From assembly GCA_963702205.1 (NCBI GenBank), contig OY969724.1, positions 2,656,001 to 2,720,000 on the forward strand: 64,000 bases of DNA. The letters are read 5' to 3'. The notes under the pieces are model-generated. The model was not told the origin of the DNA. It did not search any database and was given only the letters and a program-made list of their open reading frames with translations. This DNA is from an uncultured candidate division Zixibacteria bacterium (GTDB taxonomy: Bacteria > Zixibacteria > MSB-5A5 > GN15 > PGXB01). Numbering within the stretch: position 1 is the stretch's first letter; each line of letters opens with the position of its first letter. The position numbers were made by a program, and so were the translations under genes. Shown here piece after piece: positions 1-8,745 of the stretch.

Positions 1-628
1 CGCGAGCGATAGCGCTTTTGAAATTGCGCGCGACGGCATAGCAAAGCCCGGCGACGATATCGTAGTCCGGCGTGGCTATCTGCTGGAGGTGAATCATGTC
101 CGATTTGGCAAAAACCGAGCAGCGCCCGGCGATACGCGGCGGATTGGGCGATTTGAGAGCCATTTTGCCGAATTCGTCTTCGATGGATATTTTCAGCCTC
201 CCGGCCTGTTGGTCGAGGAAGGAGCCGGTCCCGGCGGCACATAGGTTATTCATGCCAAAATCGAGGACCGTTTTTTGTTCGATATCAAGCGAGAGAAACT
301 TGGAGTCCTCTCCCCCCATCTCGATGACGGTTTTGACTTCAGAAGCCGTCAGGAAGTTGGCTGCGGCCAGCGATGGAATTTCACCGAAAAACTTGCCGCC
401 CAGAATATTGCTGCCGGTTCGGCCGCCGATTCCCGTAAAACCGATTTTGATCGGTCGACGGGTAAATTCCCTGAAATCACTTAATAAAACAGACCTGAGG
501 GTTTGGTACGGTCTTCCATGAAAGCGCCGGTATAACGTCCGAACCACTTCGCCGGATTTATTCACAGCGGCCAGCTTGACCGAAACTGAGCCGATATCAA
601 TCCCTAATGTCAAATTACTGAAATCCAT
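1..628 (-). CDS. CoA-substrate-specific enzyme activase (2-hydroxyacyl-CoA dehydratase activator, BadF/BadG/BcrA/BcrD ATPase family), 5' part only; runs off window start
   Basis: Manual minus-strand translation from ATG at 628: MDFSNLTLGIDIGSVSVK...VIEMGGEDSK...FGMNNLCAAGTGSFLDQQA...IAGRCSVFAKSDMIH; ASKHA ATPase and activase motifs; absent from the ORF track because there is no stop in the window. Confidence 0.9.
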   Translation of the reverse strand, partial: MDFSNLTLGIDIGSVSVKLAAVNKSGEVVRTLYRRFHGRPYQTLRSVLLSDFREFTRRPIKIGFTGIGGRTGSNILGGKFFGEIPSLAAANFLTASEVKTVIEMGGEDSKFLSLDIEQKTVLDFGMNNLCAAGTGSFLDQQAGRLKISIEDEFGKMALKSPNPPRIAGRCSVFAKSDMIHLQQIATPDYDIVAGLCYAVARNFKSAIAR

Positions 629-737
629 TTCCACCCCTTGACGTAACTCGTGCATTGATAATAACAGTTGAGAATTATAGGCGCAATTATAATTGTTTGA
701 GATTATACGGAGGATTGCTATATTCGGCTTTGTTGTT

Positions 738-1205
738 ATGCGGATTTTATTGCAAAGAGTGTCTCGGGCGTCCGTAGAGGTTGACAATCAGACGGTCGGT
801 GAAATCGGCCGGGGATTATTGATTTTCTGCGGGTTCGGCAAAGGTGACAGCGAGGAATGGGTCTCGCGGATGGCGGAAAAATGCCTGGGCCTCAGAATCT
901 TCGAGGATGACGACGGCAAGATGAATTTATCCATTGAGGATATTCAGGGGGAGCTTCTGGTCGTCTCTCAGTTTACACTTTACGCCAACGTCCGCAAAGG
1001 CCGGCGTCCGGCTTTCGAAAAAAGTATGCCGCCGGAAAAGGCCGAACAGCTGTATGAATTATTGAAGACGGAATTTAACAAATCCGGGCTAAAAGTGGCC
1101 GGGGGCATTTTCGCCGCCAAAATGGAAGTGTCGCTGGTCAATGATGGTCCGGTTACGATATGGCTCGATGACAAAGAATTACAGCAACCTCGCCACTCTG
1201 CTTGA
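738..1205 (+). CDS. dtd: D-aminoacyl-tRNA deacylase
   Basis: MRILLQRVSRASV, SQFTLY, GRRPAF, NDGPVT motifs; start moved to ATG 738. Confidence 0.95.
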   Translation: MRILLQRVSRASVEVDNQTVGEIGRGLLIFCGFGKGDSEEWVSRMAEKCLGLRIFEDDDGKMNLSIEDIQGELLVVSQFTLYANVRKGRRPAFEKSMPPEKAEQLYELLKTEFNKSGLKVAGGIFAAKMEVSLVNDGPVTIWLDDKELQQPRHSA

Positions 1206-1779
1206 CCGATACGATCTCGTGCTGGCCTCCGGGTCGCCGAGACGCTTCAGGATTCTCACAGAGGCCGGAATCACCTTTCGGCAGATTATCCCCAATATCG
1301 ACGAAAATGGCGGGCCGGAAATACCGCCGGAACAGCTGGCCGAACAGCTCGCCCGCAAAAAGGCCGAAGCGGTCAGGAAGGAAACGGACGAACGCGAAGT
1401 AATTCTCGGTTGTGACACGATCGTCGTGCTCGATAATGCTATATTGGGCAAGCCGGAATCCAAAGAACACGCATTCGAGATTTTGTCCCTTTTATCGGGC
1501 CGGAAGCACACCGTCTGCTCGGCAGTGGCTTTTGTAAAGCCCGATGGCCGGACTATTTCCGGTTATGAACAAACCGACGTATTTTTCAATGCCGTAACGG
1601 ATGATGAGATCAGGCAATATATAGAAACCGGTGAACCGCTCGACAAGGCCGGAGCCTACGGAATACAGGGCTTCGGAGCTTTTTTAGTTGACACGTACAA
1701 GGGCAACTTAGATAATATAATCGGCCTGCCCATGACGCTTGTTAACGACCTGGCGGGCAAATTATTAACAGGAAAATAG
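1168..1779 (+). CDS. maf: Maf family nucleoside triphosphate pyrophosphatase
   Basis: LVLASGSPRR, GCDTIV, LGKP, GEPLDKAGAYGIQG, NIIGLP. Confidence 0.93.
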   Translation: MTKNYSNLATLLDRYDLVLASGSPRRFRILTEAGITFRQIIPNIDENGGPEIPPEQLAEQLARKKAEAVRKETDEREVILGCDTIVVLDNAILGKPESKEHAFEILSLLSGRKHTVCSAVAFVKPDGRTISGYEQTDVFFNAVTDDEIRQYIETGEPLDKAGAYGIQGFGAFLVDTYKGNLDNIIGLPMTLVNDLAGKLLTGK

Positions 1780-1780
1780 T

Positions 1781-2647
1781 ATGTCCGAAGCGCATAAGAA
1801 AATCGGAGAAAAACTAAAGGCCCGACGGGAAAAGCTGGGCCTGTCCCTGGAAGATATTTCCGAGGACATCAAGACTTCAATCGAATATCTTCAGGCTATC
1901 GAAAACGGTGAAATCGCATCCTTTCCGTCAAACGTGTACTACGACATGTTCGCGCGCTCGTACGCCAAGGAAATGGATATGAATACCGATGAGCTTTTCG
2001 AAGAATTGAAAATGACCGAAGAGCCGGAGACCGAACCGGAGCCATCGGCTAAATCATCGCCAAAGCAAAGCCAAAGGGGAGATAAAAAAGAAGACAAGAA
2101 AAAAGGCGGGGGCTTTTCATTTATCAAACTGTCGGCCTGGCTGGGCGGAATAATCATCCTGATATTTATCGTGATTGTAGTCTGGTCGGTAATGGGAAAT
2201 AAATCGCAGGAACCGTCGGCAGTGCAATCATCAGAAAACACGGTGACAGAAAATCAGGGTGAAGCGGCTCCTCCCTCCCAGGAGTCATCGGCACCCGCAG
2301 AGGATTCAACGCTGCAAGAGGTCAAAATTGATATGCCGGAGTACGAACCGGTTAAGAAGATGAACCTTCAGGTTGTAACCAGAGATTCCTGCTGGGTGAT
2401 GGTTCTTGCCGACGGCGACACCGTGCTCAACCGAAACCTGCCGGGCGGGGCGGTCCGTACTCTGGACGCCGATTATCGTTTCCTGATTTCCGCGGGCAAT
2501 CCGAACGTGCTCGATTTGCGGCTCGACGGTCAGCTGCTAAAGCCACTATCCCAGAACGGACGTCCGTACCGGGATCGGGAAATCAACCAGATGAATAAGA
2601 AAAACTATCTGGCGGAGCCGGAAGGAAGCAAGAGTGAAACGCCTTAA
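1781..2647 (+). CDS. rodZ: RodZ-like cytoskeletal protein (HTH, TM helix, DUF4115)
   Basis: N-terminal HTH (IGEKLKARREKLGLSLEDIS...YLQAIENG), single TM helix, C-terminal CWVMVLADG...AGNP. Confidence 0.8.
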   Translation: MSEAHKKIGEKLKARREKLGLSLEDISEDIKTSIEYLQAIENGEIASFPSNVYYDMFARSYAKEMDMNTDELFEELKMTEEPETEPEPSAKSSPKQSQRGDKKEDKKKGGGFSFIKLSAWLGGIIILIFIVIVVWSVMGNKSQEPSAVQSSENTVTENQGEAAPPSQESSAPAEDSTLQEVKIDMPEYEPVKKMNLQVVTRDSCWVMVLADGDTVLNRNLPGGAVRTLDADYRFLISAGNPNVLDLRLDGQLLKPLSQNGRPYRDREINQMNKKNYLAEPEGSKSETP

Positions 2648-3200
2648 AAAAATCCTGGCCCGCTTCAAACTGACTGTCCTGTGTAAACGGCAGGAACAGG
2701 GGGCGATAACGATTCCGGACGATATTGTTAACGCCCGGCACGTCCTGGTGCTGCTTCCCCCCGGACAGCGCGAGCTGACCATGATAAAAAGCCTTCTGCC
2801 CGACATTACCCGAGTATTTTCCGGGTCAGAAATTTACATACTGGCATCGCCCGGCTCGACCGTCTATAATATTTTCCCGCGCAAGGGCTATCGGATTATG
2901 ACACCGACCTCACAGCATCTGGACTGGTCCGGACTTCCTAAACGAAGCTATATTAAAACGCTCGAAGAAACGAAGTTCGATGTCATAATCGACCTGAATC
3001 TGGGCGTCAATTATTTTTCCCAGGCAATATTGCTCTCTTTCGGCAAGGCCTTAAAAATTGGCCGAGGCAATCACCTGGGAACGCCATACTATAACCTTGA
3101 GATCAAATCCCGATATATCCGGGACGAAAAGAACATATACAAATCGATTATTACTACCATTGATCGAATCAAGAATCCGGCGGCGATTGAAGCCGGATAA
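2634..3200 (+). CDS. hypothetical protein, possibly resembling the N-terminal half of a GT9 glycosyltransferase
   Basis: 188-aa ORF overlapping the rodZ stop; FDVIIDLN...KIG motif. Confidence 0.55.
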   Translation: MKRLKKILARFKLTVLCKRQEQGAITIPDDIVNARHVLVLLPPGQRELTMIKSLLPDITRVFSGSEIYILASPGSTVYNIFPRKGYRIMTPTSQHLDWSGLPKRSYIKTLEETKFDVIIDLNLGVNYFSQAILLSFGKALKIGRGNHLGTPYYNLEIKSRYIRDEKNIYKSIITTIDRIKNPAAIEAG

Positions 3201-3221
3201 GACAAATACATCGGAGGTATT

Positions 3222-6200
3222 GTGTACTTAAAAAGACTGGAATTACTCGGTTTTAAATCTTTTCCCGAAAAAACGGTTATCAAACTGACTCCGGGTGTGA
3301 CGGCAGTGGTCGGGCCGAACGGATGCGGCAAAAGTAATATTCTTGATGCCATACGCTGGGTGCTCGGAGAACAGAGGGTTTCCCTGCTGCGCGGCACTAA
3401 AATGGAAGAGATTATATTCAATGGCACGCGCGACCTGAAACCGCTCGGGATGGCCGAGATTACGCTGGTCATACAAAACAACCGGGGGATTCTCCCGACC
3501 GAATACGGCGAAGTCCAGATCACCCGGAGGTTGTTCCGTTCGGGCGAATCGGAATATCTTCTGAACAAAGTCCCCTGCCGCCTTAAAGACATCACCGAAC
3601 TTTTGATGGATACCGGAATAGGGGCACATATATATTCGATGATTCAGCAGGATATGGTCGATGCCATACTGTCGGACCGTACCGATGACCGCCGCTTCCT
3701 GTTCGAAGAGGCCGCCGGCATTTCAAAATATAAAAGCCGCAAAAAAGCGGCCCTCAGGAAACTCGAGTCGACCGAGCAGGATCTGCTGCGCCTTCAGGAT
3801 ATTGTCTCTGAAGTCACCACGCAGGTTAATTCGCTTAGAAGGCAGATGAAGAAGGCTGAACACTATCAGGAACTTTCGATCGAGCTTCGCGGCTGGGAGC
3901 TGTACATCAACCGCACCGCCGTAGATAATCTAAAAAACGAACGGCGCGAGCTTCAAACCAGGCGGGATAGTCTCCTTGACGCCAGGACAAAATTCGATAC
4001 GGAGATAGACACATTATCCTCGGTTCAGGAAGAAGATCGCAACCGGCTGATCGAACTCGACCATAATCTTACGGAAATCTCCAACGGCATCTATGAAAAG
4101 ACGGAAGCTGCGCATCGGATAGAAACGGAAATATCTCTGACTCAGGAAAAGAAAGAAAACTCCAGACGGCTGCTTGAAAAAAACCTGCTCGACCTCGATG
4201 CTTTCGCGAAGCGTAAAGAATTGCTCGATGAACAAATAAACGAGCTCGATGAAGAACTGCGGAAACTCGAAGAACTACTCGACGGCTCGCAGGGCGAAAT
4301 AACCGCCAGCGAAGCGGTTTTGGCCGAAGTCGATGAAAAGGTCCTGGCCGCGCGAAAAGAGCACGAGCGTTTGAATCGCCGTCTGCTCGAGCTCGAAGGC
4401 TTGCTCTCCGCGGGCAAATCCGACGACACCAATATGAAAGCGCGGGATTCGGAACTCACCGCCAAACTGTCGGAATACACCGGAAATCTCGAAAAGCTGA
4501 ACGCCCGCCGTCAGGACTTGCAGGCAAAGCAGAATGTGTTTCGGGGTAACATCAGCCGCCTCGACGAAAGCCACCGCGCCTTCAATAATAAAAAATCCGA
4601 ACTCGACGAACAGATTGCATCGTGCAACGGGCAAATCGAAGAATTATCCGATAAATCATACAATCTATCATCCTCGATCGAAGCCGCCGAGGCGCGCCGT
4701 CAGCTCTTGAGCGAAATGATCACTCATTATGAAGGCTATAGCGGCGGGGCGGTATCGGTTCTCGAAAACACCGAACGCTGGCCGGGGATTGTCGGCACGG
4801 TGGCCGATAATTTTAAACCACGTGAAGGGTATGACAAGGCCATTGAAGCGGCCCTGGGCGAAATCGCCGGTTTCATCATTTGCAAAGACAGGAATACCGC
4901 CAACGAAGCGATAGAATATCTTCGTTCCGAAAGCAAAGGTAAGGCGGGCTTCATAATTCTCGATACGGCACAAGGCAACTCCGAAGTCTCACGGCCGGAA
5001 ATGAACGAAGAGGGATTTCTGGGCTGGGCCGATAATTTTGTCGAATCCGATGACGTCGCGCGGCCCCTGCTTTCGCTCCTGCTTTCACGAGTGGCTCTTG
5101 CAAAACCCGAAGCCGCCGCCGGCATGGCCGACCGTCTTCCCCCTTATTTCGAAGTTGTAGGCACCGATGGTCGTCTGTATCGAAGCCAGTCAATCGTATC
5201 CGGCGGTTCGACGGAAGGCATTTCTTTGTTCGGCCGCAAAGAAAAGGTCGATCAACAGGCTCAGGAAATCACACGGTTAAAATCTGAACTGGAACGGGTC
5301 CGCAATCAGAAAAACCAATTGACCGCACAGTTGGGTTCACTTCAATCGGAACGTTCTGAAATAGTCGAACAGCTGGAATCATTGGCCGAGGAACTCGCAG
5401 ACGTCAATAACCAAAGATCCACCAACGAATTCGAGCTTCAGACCTGTACCAATGATATCAGCCGCATCGAAAACGAACGTCGGCTGGCATCGGAGAAACT
5501 CGAAGCGCTCAAGACTCGTCAGTACACCCTGAATCTCAGCCACGATCAGCTTTTGCATGAAAAGGAAGAGTTGATTCGAAAGCTGGAGCAGCAGCAGGCG
5601 ATTATTGCCGACCTCGAAAAGGAATCCGAAAATTCCGCCGATGAGGTTTCGAAAAGGCAAATCGCGCAGGTAGAATTAAAAAGTAAAAAAGAACAGGTGG
5701 AAAGCCAGACGCGCCACACGCGCGAATTGATATACGAGATCGACCGCAACACGACCACCAGGACCGAAGAAAACGTCGCCGCGGAAGTCGAAATAAATCG
5801 ATCCAGAGAAAATATGGTCGTGCTGGAAGTCCAACTCAAAGAAATATTCGATGCGCGTTCCGGCCTCAACGAAAAACAGGTCCAGCTTCGCGGCACCCAC
5901 GCCGAACTTCAGGAGGTCCTGTCCCGGAGGGAAAAGGAAATTAAATCCAGCCGCATCCAGCGCGAGGATTCCTCCCGTGACCTGCACAACATTGAACTGA
6001 GGCTGACCGAAATAGATTCGGAAATCAGAAACATCGTGCAAAAAATAACCGACGAGTACGAACTGGATATCACGGAAATCGAAGTCAGTCTCCCCAGTGA
6101 CGCAGTACCACCGGAAGAACGTCGGTCCCACATGCAGGACCTCAAGGAAAAGATGAAATCGATGGGAGCGGTAAATCTGCTCGCCCTCGAAGAATTCCGG

Positions 6201-6896
6201 ACGTCGCAGGAACGCCAGGAATTTTTGAGCGGTCAGATCGACGACCTGATCAACGCCAAGAACACGCTGCAATCAACGATCACCAAGATCAACACCACCG
6301 CCAAAAGGCTTTTCACGGAAACTTTCGAGCAGGTGCGGGAAAACTTCCAGAAGGTATTCGAAGAGTTGTTCACCGGCGGGCAATCCGATATACGCCTGAT
6401 CAACGAGGACGATCCTCTGGAATCACCGATTGAAATTATCGCGCGGCCCCGGGGCAAGAAATTATTGTCGATTACACAGATGTCCGGCGGCGAGCGGGCC
6501 TTGACCGCCATTTCGCTGCTTTTCGCGATCTACCTGGTTAAACCATCGCCGTTTTGCATTCTCGATGAAATCGACGCCCCGCTCGACGATGCCAACATTC
6601 ACCGCTTCCTGAAGCTGATTAAAACTTTTTCGGACCAGACGCAGTTCATCATTATTACGCACAACAAGATCACTATGGAAGCATCGGACAATATGTATGG
6701 AATCACCATGGAACAGCCGGGGATTTCCAAGGTCGTTTCAGTGCGTTTCCAGGAGGAGCCGCAAAATGGTAATCTGATCGACACATCCCTGGCCCGCGAC
6801 GATTACGAAGAAGATGTCGAAATCCCCGAAGCCGTCCGCCAGCGCATGGAACCGCAGGTCAAAATAGACGAGCCCAGCAACGTGGAATCGGAATAG
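3222..6896 (+). CDS. smc: chromosome segregation protein SMC
   Basis: GFKSF, Walker A GPNGCGKSN, long coiled coils with hinge, MSGGE signature, Walker B ILDEIDAPLD. Confidence 0.97.
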   Translation: MYLKRLELLGFKSFPEKTVIKLTPGVTAVVGPNGCGKSNILDAIRWVLGEQRVSLLRGTKMEEIIFNGTRDLKPLGMAEITLVIQNNRGILPTEYGEVQITRRLFRSGESEYLLNKVPCRLKDITELLMDTGIGAHIYSMIQQDMVDAILSDRTDDRRFLFEEAAGISKYKSRKKAALRKLESTEQDLLRLQDIVSEVTTQVNSLRRQMKKAEHYQELSIELRGWELYINRTAVDNLKNERRELQTRRDSLLDARTKFDTEIDTLSSVQEEDRNRLIELDHNLTEISNGIYEKTEAAHRIETEISLTQEKKENSRRLLEKNLLDLDAFAKRKELLDEQINELDEELRKLEELLDGSQGEITASEAVLAEVDEKVLAARKEHERLNRRLLELEGLLSAGKSDDTNMKARDSELTAKLSEYTGNLEKLNARRQDLQAKQNVFRGNISRLDESHRAFNNKKSELDEQIASCNGQIEELSDKSYNLSSSIEAAEARRQLLSEMITHYEGYSGGAVSVLENTERWPGIVGTVADNFKPREGYDKAIEAALGEIAGFIICKDRNTANEAIEYLRSESKGKAGFIILDTAQGNSEVSRPEMNEEGFLGWADNFVESDDVARPLLSLLLSRVALAKPEAAAGMADRLPPYFEVVGTDGRLYRSQSIVSGGSTEGISLFGRKEKVDQQAQEITRLKSELERVRNQKNQLTAQLGSLQSERSEIVEQLESLAEELADVNNQRSTNEFELQTCTNDISRIENERRLASEKLEALKTRQYTLNLSHDQLLHEKEELIRKLEQQQAIIADLEKESENSADEVSKRQIAQVELKSKKEQVESQTRHTRELIYEIDRNTTTRTEENVAAEVEINRSRENMVVLEVQLKEIFDARSGLNEKQVQLRGTHAELQEVLSRREKEIKSSRIQREDSSRDLHNIELRLTEIDSEIRNIVQKITDEYELDITEIEVSLPSDAVPPEERRSHMQDLKEKMKSMGAVNLLALEEFRTSQERQEFLSGQIDDLINAKNTLQSTITKINTTAKRLFTETFEQVRENFQKVFEELFTGGQSDIRLINEDDPLESPIEIIARPRGKKLLSITQMSGGERALTAISLLFAIYLVKPSPFCILDEIDAPLDDANIHRFLKLIKTFSDQTQFIIITHNKITMEASDNMYGITMEQPGISKVVSVRFQEEPQNGNLIDTSLARDDYEEDVEIPEAVRQRMEPQVKIDEPSNVESE

Positions 6897-6904
6897 ACGC
6901 GACC

Positions 6905-7822
6905 ATGCTTTCAAAACTGAAAAAATTGAAAGAATCGCTCTCCAAAACGCGCGATAGTCTGTTCGGTAAAATAGCCTCGGTCGTGACCGGCCGACGGCTC
7001 GATGACGATCTCCTCGACGATCTCGAAGAAGTCCTGCTCAAATCGGATATCGGTCTGGCCGCCACGGAGAGCATTATAGATAAGTTGCGTGAGTCGGCCA
7101 ACCGCAAGAAGGTGACCGAGAGCGACGACGTCATAGCGCTGCTTCAAAAAGATATTTCCGAAATCCTGTCCAATAACAAGCGGGAAATCGGCCCCGCTGA
7201 TAACACGCAGCCTATGGTTTGGTTAATTACCGGGGTCAACGGCAGCGGCAAAACGACTACGGTCGGTAAACTGGCCAATTATTTCCGCAAGGACGGCAAG
7301 AAAGTCATGATTGCCGCCTGCGATACATTTCGTGCCGCCGCTGTCGAGCAGCTGGAAATCTGGTCCCAGCGTTCCGGGGTCGATATGATCCGCGCCCACA
7401 CCGGGGCCGACCCGGCGTCGATCGCCTTCGACGCCGCTTCGTCGGCCAAGTCCAAGAATATGGACATTCTTCTTGTTGATACGGCCGGGCGTCTGCACAC
7501 CAAATCCAATCTAATGGAAGAGCTTAAAAAAATCCGACGGGTTACGGAAAAGGTCGTACCATCGGAGCAGATTAAATCCATTCTGGTAATCGACGGAAAC
7601 ACCGGTCAAAATGCCCTGTCACAGGTTAAAGTTTTTCGCGAAGCGGTCGGATGCGACGGACTGATCATTTCCAAACTCGATGGCACCGCCAAAGGCGGCG
7701 TGATGGTCGCTATCGCCAAGGAGTTGGCCGTCCCGGTGGAATTTGTCGGTATCGGCGAGGGAATCGACGATATCCAAAAATTCGATGCACCGGCATACGC
7801 GGAGGCGCTGTTTAATGCTTGA
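6905..7822 (+). CDS. ftsY: signal recognition particle receptor FtsY
   Basis: GVNGSGKTTT, DTFRAAA, DTAGR, KLDGTAKGG. Confidence 0.97.
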   Translation: MLSKLKKLKESLSKTRDSLFGKIASVVTGRRLDDDLLDDLEEVLLKSDIGLAATESIIDKLRESANRKKVTESDDVIALLQKDISEILSNNKREIGPADNTQPMVWLITGVNGSGKTTTVGKLANYFRKDGKKVMIAACDTFRAAAVEQLEIWSQRSGVDMIRAHTGADPASIAFDAASSAKSKNMDILLVDTAGRLHTKSNLMEELKKIRRVTEKVVPSEQIKSILVIDGNTGQNALSQVKVFREAVGCDGLIISKLDGTAKGGVMVAIAKELAVPVEFVGIGEGIDDIQKFDAPAYAEALFNA

Positions 7823-8213
7823 GACCGTGGGTGTCAGAACGTCGGCGCGCGAGGAATTCGTCGATATTACGTCTGTTGTTCGCAAGTTTATTTCAGACAA
7901 TTCGCTTAAAGAGGGTTTGGTCATAATTTATGTCCCACACACGACGGCCGGTGTGACGATTAACGAAAACGCCGATCCCGATGTAACCCGAGACATACTC
8001 GATAAATTACGCCGCGAAATACCAAAACAGGATGGCTATCATCACGGCGAAGGTAATTCCGATGCCCATATCAAAGCATCATTGATGGGATCGTCGGTGC
8101 AGATAATCGTCGACGGCGGCAACCTTGTACTGGGGACCTGGCAGGGGATCTATTTTTGCGAGTTCGACGGTCCCCGCCAGCGCAAAATCATTCTAAAAGC
8201 TATTTCCGGCTGA
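7815..8213 (+). CDS. yjbQ: YjbQ/UPF0047 family protein
   Basis: PHTTAGVTINENADPDV, GNSDAHIKASLMG, LGTWQGIYFCEFDGPR; ATG 7815 overlaps the ftsY end. Confidence 0.92.
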   Translation: MLETVGVRTSAREEFVDITSVVRKFISDNSLKEGLVIIYVPHTTAGVTINENADPDVTRDILDKLRREIPKQDGYHHGEGNSDAHIKASLMGSSVQIIVDGGNLVLGTWQGIYFCEFDGPRQRKIILKAISG

Positions 8214-8680
8214 TGTTTAAAATCCGCATTATAGCCGTGGGAAAAAATAAAGAAGACTGGGTGGAGCGGTCTGTCGATCATTATCTAACTTTTCTAAAGA
8301 AGTATTGTCGTCCGGAAATAGTTTATACATCCGAACGAAAAAAGTCGGCGTCTGTCAGTGAAGCCGAGGTTATGAAAATCGAAGCGGGTTTTATTTCCAA
8401 AAAGCTGGATTCCGGATATACGATTGCTCTGCACGATGGCGGTCGCAAACTCGACTCGAAGGCCTTTGCGGCTTATCTTCAAAAAATAATGCAACGTCAC
8501 GGCCAATGCACTTTTGTTATCGGGGGGGCCTATGGGCTCGACAAGGATTTTATGAGCCGGTGTGACGATCGGCTGTCCCTCTCCCCCATGATCATGTCGC
8601 ATCAGCTTATCCGGCCCGTGCTGCTCGAACAGCTATACCGAGCCCTGTCGATATTATCCGGGGGCAAATATCACAAATAA
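8213..8680 (+). CDS. rlmH: 23S rRNA m3Psi1915 methyltransferase RlmH
   Basis: IIAVGK, FVIGGAYG, LSLSPM..SHQLIR..LLEQLYRA, C-terminal KYHK; TGATG coupling with yjbQ. Confidence 0.94.
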   Translation: MFKIRIIAVGKNKEDWVERSVDHYLTFLKKYCRPEIVYTSERKKSASVSEAEVMKIEAGFISKKLDSGYTIALHDGGRKLDSKAFAAYLQKIMQRHGQCTFVIGGAYGLDKDFMSRCDDRLSLSPMIMSHQLIRPVLLEQLYRALSILSGGKYHK

Positions 8681-8709
8681 AAAAACCGGCCGAAGAACGG
8701 TCGGTTTTT
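8679..8709. terminator. bidirectional intrinsic terminator
   Basis: AAAAACCGGCCG-aagaa-CGGTCGGTTTTT hairpin with A/T tails between convergent genes. Confidence 0.8.
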
Positions 8710-8745
8710 GGAATGATAGTGTAAGTCTGCAGGACTACCACTATT

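Noticed and set aside
96..521. 141-aa plus-strand ORF
   Set aside because: Antisense shadow of the minus-strand CoA activase, which carries clear family motifs
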